Source: an uncultured Arsenicibacter sp.
Lineage (GTDB): Bacteria > Bacteroidota > Bacteroidia > Cytophagales > Spirosomataceae
Direction: 5' to 3'
Length of the DNA: 64,000 nucleotides
Assembly (NCBI GenBank): GCA_945952095.1
Contig: CAMFHL010000004.1
Coordinates: 12,769-76,768 of the forward strand
In this document: positions 55,439-64,000 of the stretch, piece by piece
Numbering within the stretch: position 1 is the first letter of the stretch
Layout: each line of letters starts with the position of its first letter
The notes under the pieces: generated by a model
What the model was told of the DNA's origin: nothing
The model's database searches: none
Seen by the model: the letters and a program-made list of their open reading frames with translations, nothing else
Position numbers and translations under genes: made by a program

Positions 55439-56584
55439 ATGTCTCTTTCCCAACAATACCGCGATGCGTTGCTGACGGATGTTATTCCGTTCTGGCAGCG
55501 GCACTCGGTTGATACGCAGTACGGCGGTTTCCTGACTTGTCTTGACCGGCAGGGGCAGGTGTTTGATACCGATAAGTTTGTCTGGTTGCAGGCGCGGCAG
55601 GTCTGGACCTTTGTCATGCTGTATAACCGGCTAGAGAAACGCCCCGACTGGCTCGATATGGCCGGCCACGGGGCTGATTTTCTCAAAAAACACGCGCGGG
55701 CCGCTGACGGGAGCTGGTATTTTTCACTGACCCGTGAAGGCCGGCCGCTGGTTCAGCCCTACAATATTTTCTCGGATTGTTTTGCGACGATGGCCTTCGG
55801 GCAGCTGTCGCTGGCGACAGGCAGTGATGAACAGGCACAGCTCGCCGAAACTACCTTCCGGCAGATTCTGGCCCGCCGCGATAATACGAAAGGGAGCTGG
55901 AACAAGGCAGTACCCGGCACACGGCCGCTGAAGAACTTTGCCCTGCCGATGATTCTGTGCAACCTCGCCCTGGAAATAGAGCACCTGCTCGATAAACCGC
56001 TGGTCGAAGAAACCATTGATGCGTGCATCCACGAAGTGATGGACGTGTTTTATGATCCGGCGCTGGGGCTGATCCGCGAAAATGTAACGCCCGGTGGCAA
56101 GGTGTCCGACTCGTTCGAGGGCCGCCTGCTGAATCCGGGACACGCTATCGAAGCCATGTGGTTTATCATGGATCTGGCGGTACGGCGCAACGACCGCGCC
56201 CTGCTCGACCGCGCCGTTACGATCACGCTCGATACCCTGCAATACGCCTGGGATGAGCAGTTTGGCGGTATTCTGTACTTTATGGATGCCAACGGGCACC
56301 CGCCCCAACAGCTCGAATGGGACCAGAAACTGTGGTGGGTGCATGCCGAAACGCTGATCAGTTTGCTGAAAGGCTACCAGCTGACGGGTAATCCGGCCTG
56401 TTGGGCGTGGTTTGAACGGGTTCATGCCTATACGTGGTCGCATTTCCCGGACCCGGAACACGGCGAATGGTACGGGTACCTGAATCGCCGGGGCGAGGTG
56501 TTGCTGCCGCTCAAGGGCGGGAAATGGAAAGGGTGCTACCACGTGCCGCGCGCGTTATTCCAGTGCTGGCAGTCATTAAAGTAG
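55439..56584 (+). CDS. N-acylglucosamine 2-epimerase (AGE/RenBP family; ManNAc-GlcNAc epimerase of Bacteroidota nan loci)
   Basis: ORF 55151.. trimmed to ATG 55439 (MSLSQQYRDALLTDVIPFWQRHS). The upstream part of the ORF runs through the sialidase 3' end and the repeat array. Confidence 0.9.
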   Translation: MSLSQQYRDALLTDVIPFWQRHSVDTQYGGFLTCLDRQGQVFDTDKFVWLQARQVWTFVMLYNRLEKRPDWLDMAGHGADFLKKHARAADGSWYFSLTREGRPLVQPYNIFSDCFATMAFGQLSLATGSDEQAQLAETTFRQILARRDNTKGSWNKAVPGTRPLKNFALPMILCNLALEIEHLLDKPLVEETIDACIHEVMDVFYDPALGLIRENVTPGGKVSDSFEGRLLNPGHAIEAMWFIMDLAVRRNDRALLDRAVTITLDTLQYAWDEQFGGILYFMDANGHPPQQLEWDQKLWWVHAETLISLLKGYQLTGNPACWAWFERVHAYTWSHFPDPEHGEWYGYLNRRGEVLLPLKGGKWKGCYHVPRALFQCWQSLK

Positions 56585-56600
56585 GAAGATAGCACCGGCG

Positions 56601-57329
56601 TTAATTCAGCCGTTTCCGTTGCCGGCGCGACATGGTCAGCTGCGTATTATCGGTCAGGTGGATAACGCCCGCCGGATCAATCAGCCGCACAAACTGCATA
56701 TTGACCAGGTGCGATTTATGAACCCGTACAAAGTCGTGGTCTTTCAGCATGCCTTCAAATTCCTTCAGGGTCTTCGAGGCGCAGAAACGCCGGTTGCCGG
56801 TGAGGTGAAAAAAGGTGTAGTTGCTTGAGGCTTCGCACCGGACAATCTCGGCGATGGGCAGAAAATGCAGGCCCTCGGTGGTCGAAATCGGCAGCCGCTG
56901 CTGACCGGAATGGCTGACGGCCAGGTTGTCGGCCAGATTCCGGAGCAGTGCGCCGGGGCGGTGCGCTTCGGTTTGTTTCCGCAAAAACTTGTCGAAGGCC
57001 AGCCGCAGTTCATCTACATCAATGGGTTTCAGCAGGTAATCCAGGGCGCTGACCTTGATGGCCTGTAGGGCAAACTGCGAATAGGCGGTCGTAAAAATGA
57101 TGTCAAAATCAATATCGTCGATAGCATTCAGGACATCGAAACCGTTCTGCATCGGCATTTCAATATCCAGAAAAACAAGGTGTGGCCGCACCGACTGAAT
57201 AAGCGCAATGCCCTCGGCGGGGGTGGTGGCCCGCCGGAACCGGGTGATTTCGGGAATATACTTACTGACCAGAATTTCCAGAATGTGGCAGGCACGGGGT
57301 TCGTCGTCAATCACAAGGGCACGGTACAT
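56601..57329 (-). CDS. LytTR-family two-component response regulator
   Basis: Receiver domain (ALVIDDEP ... HLVFLDIEMP ... K in LLKPI) plus C-terminal LytTR DNA-binding domain. Confidence 0.9.
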   Translation of the reverse strand: MYRALVIDDEPRACHILEILVSKYIPEITRFRRATTPAEGIALIQSVRPHLVFLDIEMPMQNGFDVLNAIDDIDFDIIFTTAYSQFALQAIKVSALDYLLKPIDVDELRLAFDKFLRKQTEAHRPGALLRNLADNLAVSHSGQQRLPISTTEGLHFLPIAEIVRCEASSNYTFFHLTGNRRFCASKTLKEFEGMLKDHDFVRVHKSHLVNMQFVRLIDPAGVIHLTDNTQLTMSRRQRKRLN

Positions 57330-57339
57330 AGGCTGTCAG

Positions 57340-58810
57340 GGTTTGCATCTGAGTTAAAAAGTATGAACATACTTATATAAATCTGAAGAATCAGGCCATT
57401 TTTCAGGATGTTTGTTCAGATATTATAGTACTAAACCGGGGGCAATCGTTTGGTAATCAGGCTTATTTTGCCTATCTTTACTCAGATGAAGTCGCTCAAA
57501 ATTCGCCTTGACCTTAACAAGAAGCAGACGACGCTGTGCCGCAAACACGCGGGTGTAGCCCGTCATGCTTATAATTGGGGTGTAGCCGAATGTCAGAAAG
57601 CCTTTGAAGCAGGACAGAAGATTCCATCGGCTATTGACCTCCACAAGCGACTGGTGGCCGAAGTCAAAACAGAACATGGCTGGTACTACGAAGTCTCCAA
57701 GTGCGCCCCTCAACAAGCCCTGCGCAACCTGCAATAGGCCTACCAAGCGTTCCATCGGATTCAGAAACCATCGGGATACAAAAAGAAGAAAACCATTCGT
57801 AGGGCCGGAAAAGTAGTGACCGTGTTGGAAGGCTTGCCACAGTTCAAAAAGAAAGGTTCTCACGACGGATTTTATCTGGAAGGTAGTATAAAAGCCGACT
57901 GGAAGCGTATCAAACTTCCTCATTTGGGATGGGTGCGTTTGGAAGAAGCGGTTCCTGATGGGACAGTTATTAAGAACGTTAGCGTTACCCGTACCGCCGA
58001 CCATTGGTATGTCTCGTTTAAAGTCCCGCACACGCCAAAACAAACTACCAAAACATCGGAAAGCATTGGCGTTGACTTGGGCATTAAGACGTTGGCGACA
58101 CTCTCTAACGGCACCGCCGGGCGGCCCCGTACATTTCAAGCGGTTAAGCCCTACAAACGGAATAAACGCAAGCTGAAACTGGCCCAACGCCGGGTGAGTA
58201 AAAAGTTTATCAAAGGCGCAAAGCAACAGAGTAAAAACTACCAAAAAGCACAAGCTAAAGTGGCCCGGCTTCATGCCCGGATTGCCAACATACGCGGGGA
58301 TGCTCTGCACAAACTCACAACCCATCTGGTCAAGAACCACAGCCGGATTGTCATTGAAGACCTTAATGTGCGGGGCATGAGTAAAAACCATAAGCTGGCC
58401 TCGGCCATTCTGGATGGCGGATTCTTTGAGTTTCGCAGACAGTTGACTTACAAGGCCGAATGGTACGGCTCGGAAGTGGCAGTTGCCGACCGCTTCTTTG
58501 CCAGCAGTAAGACCTGTTCGGGCTGTGGTGGGAAGAAAGCAGGGCTGAAACTCTCGGAGCGTACTTACCACTGCGAAGAGTGTGGCTTGCAGATAGACCG
58601 CGATTTGAATGCGGCTATCAATTTGAGTCAATACACCGTGAGTTACACGGGTAGTGCCTGTGGAGCGGCAAACAACCCAACCGATTATTCGGGCGGGGTC
58701 GTTATGAAGCAGGAAGCTAATGGCAGTCTGGACAACCATGTTCAGATTTGTGTAAGTTTAGCGTAACGGTGTTTGGGTAGTTAAACCGGCATCGAAGGCC
58801 GTAATGAGTG
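57340..58810 (+). mobile_element. tnpB-only IS200/IS605-family (IS1341-like) element; ends not resolved
   Basis: TnpB ORF with no tnpA. The AT-rich left flank carries small hairpins. The element occupies the gap between co-directional kinase and regulator genes. Both boundaries are estimates. Confidence 0.6.
57486..58766 (+). pseudogene. tnpB: TnpB (OrfB_IS605 RNA-guided nuclease) interrupted by one in-frame TAG (57735-57737)
   Basis: ORFs 57450..57737 and 57816..58766 are in the same frame, and 57738-57815 has no further stop. Read-through sequence is ...ALRNLQ*AYQAFHRIQKPSGYKKKKTIRRAGKVVTVLEGLPQFKKKG... RuvC D (IGVDLGIK), E (IVIEDLNVRGM) and D (IDRDLNAAINL) are present, as is the CSGC...CEEC zinc finger. 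Confidence 0.8.
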
Positions 58811-61800
58811 GCAGGGTAATGGTTATGCGGGTACCGGTGGGCATACCGTCGGGGCTGACCAGATCATCAATCTGCATGGTTGCCTTACCCAACCCCGATT
58901 GATCAAGTAACGTAAGCCGTTCGTGGGTGAGGGCTAGTCCTTTGGAGGTTCGTTGCCGGTAAGCCGCAGACCGTTGGTTCAGCACACCAGCCTGTTCGCG
59001 GCCGATGCCGTTGTCTTCCAGGATACATTGCAGACCACCGCCGTCTGCGAGGCTCAGGTCAACCGTGAGTTGCCGGAGGCCGCTTTTGTGCAGTAATCCG
59101 TGCCGGATTGCGTTTTCGGTCAAGGGTTGCAGCAGCAGGGCCGGCACCTGATACAAGGGTGTTTCAATGCTTGCCTCCACCTGGAGCCGGTAGGCAAACG
59201 AGCTTCCGAACCGGAGCGCTTCAAGGTCAAGATACAGCCGCAGAATATCGATCTCCTGCTGGAGCGAGTGCATACTTTTGGTCGATTCTTCCAGCACCAG
59301 CCGCAGCAGCCGCGAAAACTTCGAGAGGTAGCGATAGGCGGTGTCGGTGTCGTCGGCCAGAATACATTCCTGAATGGCATTCAGGCAGTTAAAGATAAAA
59401 TGCGGGTTCATCTGCGACCGGATTGCCCGTGTTTCCAGTTCGGCAATGAGCCTGGCAACCCGCGTTTTTTCCGCAGCACGCTGCCGCAGGGATCGTTCCC
59501 GCCACGTAAAATAACCGGCTACCGTGCCGAGGAGTACCACCACCATACCGGTCAGGAACCACCAGCGTTGCCAGACCGGCGGCAGGATGACAAACGAAAA
59601 GCTGGTAAGTCCGCTTCGGGTACCGGCTGCCGTAATGCCCTCAGCCTGAAAGGTATAGTTTCCGGATGCCAGTCCGGCATACGTAACGGTCCGGTCTGCG
59701 CCCTGTGCCAGCCGCCAGCCCTGCTCGGCACCCAGTAACCGGAACCGGTAGCGGTGCCAGACCGGATTGGCCAGACTCATCAGCGTAAACCCAAACGACA
59801 GGGCACTCTGCTCCGGTGGCAGGCGCAATTGCCGGGGCAGCCCCGACGGATCGTTGCCGGCTGAGAACTGCCGGAGATCAGTATGGGTCCCGAGCAGCCG
59901 GAGATCAGTGACCGACAGGGGAGCGGGTGGCGGTTGCTGCCGGAGCTGGCTGAGCGAAAAACGGAGCAGCCCCGCCGTAGTACCGATATACAGCGTCCCG
60001 TCCGGATACTCAAACAGGTGCATCGATTGGTAGGACTCGCCCAAAAAACCATCGCTGAAGCTGAAGGTCCGTAGTCCGGTGGCCGTCAGACAGTGCAGGG
60101 CAATGGCACTGCCGGTCCAGATGTTGCCGTCGCTGTCGGGAAAGACATCGAGCAGGTTGTTAGCCGACAGCCCGTCGGCGGTGGTGTATTGCCGGATCAC
60201 GGTAAACTGCTGCCCGTTCAGCCGGCCTTTGATGAGCCCCTGCCCGTCGGTGGCCAGCCAGACGTTGCCCTGCCGGTCACGGGCAATGCGCAGCACCGAC
60301 CGCACCAGCTGTCCCTGCCGTGTGATCCGGTGGGTGGTGAACCGTCCGTCGCGGAACGAAATAAGTCCGGCATCGCTTGCCAGCCAAAGGGTCCGGTCAG
60401 CGGCTTCAAACCCATTGTAAAAGATAGTAAAGCGATACCGGTTGGTCGGGTGCTCAAAAAAGGCAAACGTGTACGAATGTTTCAGGCTGTCGTACCGGAT
60501 GCGGGTCAGCCCGACGTCGCCCGCCGCCCACAGATCCCCCGAAGCGGCCGGAATCAGCGCGTTGAACCCTTCGTCGCCCAGTCCGTCTTTCAGCGTAACA
60601 TGGCGGGCTTGCCTGCCGTCATATGCCAGCAGACCCTGATAGGTGGTGGCCATCCACAGCATCCCCCGCCGGTCCTGCTGTATACCGGCAATACCGGCAA
60701 TCGGCACCTGCCCCGTCAGCAGCGGCGATACCTGCCCCGACGATAAGCCGAACAAATTCCCGTGGTGTCCTCCGAAAACCAGTGTGTGGTTATAGAGGCC
60801 GAATCCATTGATTTCGTTGCCCGGGACGGTGGCCGGCAGCGGAATCCGGTCGAAGGCTGAGGGCCTGATTTTCAATAATCCTTCGTTGGTCGCTATCCAG
60901 AAAATACCTTCTTTATCCAGCAGAAACCGGTTCAGCTGACTGGTCGTGCGCTCATACAGATCGAGCCGTTTCAGGGGTGTCTGCTGCTCCGGAAGCAGCT
61001 GTTTGAGGCCGTACGACAGGAACCAGTACGTCTTCCCGGTCCAGACTACATCCGACGGGACAATATCGTTCAGCAAGGTTTCCGGAATTCCGTTGCGCAG
61101 CCGGATATAGCAGAAGCGGTCATGCGCCGAAAAAATCAGGTCGTTTTTTGACCGGATGGCCAGATGCTGAATTTCTGTTTTACGGCCGTCGGGACTTTGC
61201 CATATCCGTTCAAGGTTCCCCTTACGATAGCGGAATAAGTCCAGTTTGCCACCCACATACAAGCTTCCTTCTTCATCGAGCGCCAGCGAAAACACCCGCC
61301 GGTCGCGGGCTTTGGGCACGAGCCGGTCAAAGCCGGTCAGCGGCCGGGGCGTTACCGGCTGATGGGGTTGTTGTTTCAGCTGTTGCTGCTGTGCCGGAGA
61401 TAGCTGATATACCCCGCTGCTACAGCCGATCCAGAGCGTATGTTGCTTGTCGAAGAGTAAGGCATTGAGCCGCACAAACGTCTGATGCCGGATGGCAGGC
61501 AGAGCGGTTGCCTTGCCGTTGTGATACAGAAACAGCCCTTCTTCGGTGCCGATCCAGAGGTCACCGCCGGCGTCTTCCAGCAGCGTATTCACCTGTCCGA
61601 TGGCCTGCCCGTTTTCGGTAAGGCCGGTGCTCCGGAACGTAAAGCCATCGTACCGGACCAGTCCCGTTGTGGTGCCCAGCCACAGAAAACCTGCCTTATC
61701 GCGCAGCAGTGCGTGAATATCCGCCGCCGGTAACCCCTCTTTAAGCCCGATCTGCTCCACCGTAAAACCGGACGCATGGATAACCGGTGACTGACCAGAC

Positions 61801-61856
61801 AGGACGTTGATCAGCAGCAGGTTAAACGTCAGGAAGAACAGCAGGCGGCCGCGCAT
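58758..61856 (-). CDS. Sensor histidine kinase: periplasmic two-component-regulator propeller repeats + Y_Y_Y domain + TM + LytS-type His_kinase/HATPase
   Basis: Signal/TM N-terminus. Repeated ...LWIGT..GL...-type propeller blades. A TM helix (WWFLTGMVVVLLGTVAGYF). QMNPHFIFNCLN H-box. HATPase ...ILEDNGIG... The 3' end overlaps tnpB by 9 nt. Confidence 0.9.
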   Translation of the reverse strand: MRGRLLFFLTFNLLLINVLSGQSPVIHASGFTVEQIGLKEGLPAADIHALLRDKAGFLWLGTTTGLVRYDGFTFRSTGLTENGQAIGQVNTLLEDAGGDLWIGTEEGLFLYHNGKATALPAIRHQTFVRLNALLFDKQHTLWIGCSSGVYQLSPAQQQQLKQQPHQPVTPRPLTGFDRLVPKARDRRVFSLALDEEGSLYVGGKLDLFRYRKGNLERIWQSPDGRKTEIQHLAIRSKNDLIFSAHDRFCYIRLRNGIPETLLNDIVPSDVVWTGKTYWFLSYGLKQLLPEQQTPLKRLDLYERTTSQLNRFLLDKEGIFWIATNEGLLKIRPSAFDRIPLPATVPGNEINGFGLYNHTLVFGGHHGNLFGLSSGQVSPLLTGQVPIAGIAGIQQDRRGMLWMATTYQGLLAYDGRQARHVTLKDGLGDEGFNALIPAASGDLWAAGDVGLTRIRYDSLKHSYTFAFFEHPTNRYRFTIFYNGFEAADRTLWLASDAGLISFRDGRFTTHRITRQGQLVRSVLRIARDRQGNVWLATDGQGLIKGRLNGQQFTVIRQYTTADGLSANNLLDVFPDSDGNIWTGSAIALHCLTATGLRTFSFSDGFLGESYQSMHLFEYPDGTLYIGTTAGLLRFSLSQLRQQPPPAPLSVTDLRLLGTHTDLRQFSAGNDPSGLPRQLRLPPEQSALSFGFTLMSLANPVWHRYRFRLLGAEQGWRLAQGADRTVTYAGLASGNYTFQAEGITAAGTRSGLTSFSFVILPPVWQRWWFLTGMVVVLLGTVAGYFTWRERSLRQRAAEKTRVARLIAELETRAIRSQMNPHFIFNCLNAIQECILADDTDTAYRYLSKFSRLLRLVLEESTKSMHSLQQEIDILRLYLDLEALRFGSSFAYRLQVEASIETPLYQVPALLLQPLTENAIRHGLLHKSGLRQLTVDLSLADGGGLQCILEDNGIGREQAGVLNQRSAAYRQRTSKGLALTHERLTLLDQSGLGKATMQIDDLVSPDGMPTGTRITITLPLITAFDAGLTTQTPLR

Positions 61857-62117
61857 GAGGGTGTATTGATTGACTTCCGCAAGGTACGGCCGTAATACTA
61901 CCTGATCAATAGGTATGCCTGCCGTTTACTAATCGCCGGAAGCCGTTCAATCAACGGATTCGGCCCGTGGCGGCTACCAGGCTAACCTTTACAAAATGTC
62001 TGTTTTTTACATCTGAGAAACCAACCCGACAATCCAATTTTGTGTGTCAGAAAACGAGAGACACAAACGTGATAGCGGCGCCGCCGGGCGGGAAAAGATG
62101 ATTCAACTACTGTGCGT

Positions 62118-62993
62118 ATGAAAAAACTGATCGTGTGTTGCTGGCTGATGGTTATCGGGCTGGCGTGTCAGAAACAGGGCGACGGAACGACCACAACGCC
62201 CGATCCGGACCCGACCGGAAGCGGTAGTGCAGCCATGGGAAAGGGCGAGCCGGGTGTGGTTGGCTTGGCGGGTGTTACGGCGTGGGACAATGTGCCGGCC
62301 GCCGAAAAAGAGCGCATTAAGGGCTGGAATACCTTGTTCCTGCACCAGTCTGTCGGGCAGGATCTGGAAGAAGGCTGCAAGGCCAACGGGTTTGCCTTCG
62401 ACTATTACGGGGCAAATGACAAAACCAACGGCGCTGCCAGCGGGAAGGGCCTGAAAGGCGGCATTTTCGTCGATGTGGGGGGGATTGCCAACGGAAATCC
62501 TTCCGAAAAAATCAGGGTGTTCCGCGAGCAGGCTACCCGGAACAAAGACCTGCTGCAGATCGCGGTTTTCAAATTCGGGTACGCCGACATTACCGATGAC
62601 AACGCAGAGCGGGTAAAGACCGAATACAAGGCATTTGTTGATGCCTTACGGGGACAGTCGCCGGGGCTCCGGTTTGTACACGTGACGCCGCCGCTGGTCT
62701 ACAGTACGGCCGCCTACGAAGGCAATGCGGCCAAACAGAAGGTCGGGCAGTGGATGAAAGACACCTTCAAGGGCACCGATGTGATTTTTGACCTCCAGGA
62801 GATTGAGTCGAACAACGGGCAGTGCCAGCAGAATAACGTGTGGCGGATCTGCACCGAAAACCGGAATACGGCCGGTGATCCGTCCGATGTCAACGGGGTC
62901 GATACTTCCGACGGGCAGGGGCATATCGGCAAAAAAGCCGGTCAGCGGATTGGCAAGGCACTGCTGATGAGTATTTATCGGGCCGGAAAATAA
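62118..62993 (+). CDS. Hypothetical lipoprotein
   Basis: ORF 62112 (GTG) trimmed to ATG 62118 (MKKLIVCCWLMVIGLACQKQ lipobox). No confident family. Confidence 0.5.
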   Translation: MKKLIVCCWLMVIGLACQKQGDGTTTTPDPDPTGSGSAAMGKGEPGVVGLAGVTAWDNVPAAEKERIKGWNTLFLHQSVGQDLEEGCKANGFAFDYYGANDKTNGAASGKGLKGGIFVDVGGIANGNPSEKIRVFREQATRNKDLLQIAVFKFGYADITDDNAERVKTEYKAFVDALRGQSPGLRFVHVTPPLVYSTAAYEGNAAKQKVGQWMKDTFKGTDVIFDLQEIESNNGQCQQNNVWRICTENRNTAGDPSDVNGVDTSDGQGHIGKKAGQRIGKALLMSIYRAGK

Positions 62994-63084
62994 AGACGAC
63001 TATGCCGGCACTTATCGCTTACGCCGATCTGCCCGGGATACAGCGGACCATGAAAGCAATGACTGAACGAACAGGTATATCGTA

Positions 63085-63693
63085 ATGGCAATGAATAGTT
63101 CACCGGCTAAAGGATGTCTGGTAGCACTGGCGGGCTTAGCCGTCCTGGCCGTTCTCTTTACGGCCGTCCGGTTTTACGGCGGTAAATGGCTGGATCAATA
63201 TGAGCGGCCGTGGGCCTACAGCACCACTGACCCGTTGCTGGTCGGGCAATGGGAGGGACAATTTAACGATCCCGACGGGGTAGCGAAAACTCTCCGCCTG
63301 ACCATTGACCTGCCCGAAACCGACGAAGAACGCCTGGAGCGGGCAAGCCGCAAACGGCGTCTGCGGAACAGCAGGAACCGTGGCGGGTTTGACGGCTCCG
63401 CGACGGTAACCAGCCGGCTCGGCCGTGAAGACTATGAGGTGTATGGCGTTGTGGACCGGGAGGACGGCCATGTGTTCAGCCTCAACTTTGACGCCGTCGA
63501 CGGCCGCTTTGCCATCACGCCCAATTTCTACATCAACGACACCGACAAAACCGGTAACCGCTGGACGGGCGATCAGCTGGTAACACAGCTGGAGTTTGCC
63601 TATCACCTGCCCGGCCGCACCTGGTCGAGCAGTGCCGACCCGCGATTCAGCCGGAAAGTGCCGGTTCAGCTACACCGTGTAACGAAACAGTAA
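63085..63693 (+). CDS. Hypothetical membrane-anchored protein
   Basis: ORF track. One N-terminal TM helix (CLVALAGLAVLAVLFTAV). No family recognised. Confidence 0.5.
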   Translation: MAMNSSPAKGCLVALAGLAVLAVLFTAVRFYGGKWLDQYERPWAYSTTDPLLVGQWEGQFNDPDGVAKTLRLTIDLPETDEERLERASRKRRLRNSRNRGGFDGSATVTSRLGREDYEVYGVVDREDGHVFSLNFDAVDGRFAITPNFYINDTDKTGNRWTGDQLVTQLEFAYHLPGRTWSSSADPRFSRKVPVQLHRVTKQ

Positions 63694-63720
63694 AGCATTA
63701 ACCTGAAAACACAAAAGCGT

Positions 63721-64000
63721 ATGCAACGCCGTGATTTTATGTCGGCCCTGCCATTGGGTCTGTTTGCCGGTCAGCTACCGGCTGTGACTGCCACCGACGA
63801 CAAGAAGCCGCTGGCTCCGTTTTACATCGGGCCGGACGCCGAACCCCTAACGCCCGGTCCGACGGGGCTCAACATCCGGACGCGGGTCCGCTCGGCCCAG
63901 ACCAACGGGCAGTTTTCGTGCGTTGAGTTTGCCGTAGCCCCGAAAAAAATGGGTCCGGCGCCGCACCTGCACAAAGACCTGGATGAGCTGATGTATGTTA
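63721..64000 (+). CDS. Cupin-domain protein with Tat-type signal (3' end outside window)
   Basis: Hand translation from ATG 63721: MQRRDFMSALPLGLFAGQLP...FSCVEFAVAPKKMGPAPHLHKDLDELMYV (cupin H.H...E motif). Open to the window end. Confidence 0.55.
   Translation, partial: MQRRDFMSALPLGLFAGQLPAVTATDDKKPLAPFYIGPDAEPLTPGPTGLNIRTRVRSAQTNGQFSCVEFAVAPKKMGPAPHLHKDLDELMYV

Noticed and set aside
57423-58739. 438-aa minus-strand ORF covering the TnpB region
   Set aside because: It is the antisense shadow of the tnpB frame. Its sequence has no domain-like motifs, whereas the plus-strand frame shows clear TnpB RuvC and zinc-finger motifs.
63002-63085. 27-codon ORF (MPALIAYADLPGIQRTMKAMTERTGIS) ending in TAATG overlap with the 63085 gene
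   Set aside because: It is too short and has no supporting features. It might be a leader peptide or an HTH-gene remnant, but nothing in the sequence supports either.
1-64000. CRISPR arrays, tRNA, rRNA, integrase or prophage genes, toxin-antitoxin pairs, known defence-system gene sets
   Set aside because: I could find no regularly spaced direct repeats with unique spacers, no cloverleaf-like or rRNA-like segments, and no integrase, recombinase or defence-type proteins in the six-frame track. Only the tnpB element qualifies as mobile DNA.

Overview
High-G+C Bacteroidota-type chromosomal segment. It carries two SusC/SusD pairs, a T9SS C-terminal sorting domain and many Tat-signal periplasmic enzymes. 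A Cytophagales/Spirosoma-like origin is my inference only. I support about 53 protein-coding genes. From left to right: (1) a TonB-dependent receptor 3' end and a periplasmic sugar-oxidation neighbourhood (Tat sugar-phosphate isomerase, haem-binding protein, NrtR-like Nudix regulator, PQQ sugar dehydrogenase with cytochrome c, FGE-sulfatase-domain protein, DUF1080); (2) an AraC/DoxX/SDR module; (3) serine hydrolases; (4) LysR with an isocitrate dehydrogenase; (5) a DUF1800/DUF1501 pair; (6) an 11-mer-repeat protein; (7) a low-G+C islet with two small genes; (8) a DevABC-like ABC exporter with TolC; (9) a SusC/SusD/amidohydrolase locus; (10) a complete sialic-acid utilisation locus (42.5-56.6 kb); (11) a sensor kinase and LytTR regulator pair split by a tnpB-only IS200/IS605-type element. 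I recognised no rRNA, tRNA or CRISPR array. Three things deserve the closest look. First, the TnpB element: its catalytic residues are intact, it has a single in-frame TAG, and its 3' end overlaps the kinase 3' end. Second, a dispersed family of 8-nt-periodic AAAGAGYG/CRCTCTTT arrays sits in three intercistronic gaps, always with the CU-rich strand on the mRNA just upstream of the next start codon. Third, the low-G+C islet abuts a truncated gene remnant. All family calls come from motifs read in the translated ORFs; no database search was possible.
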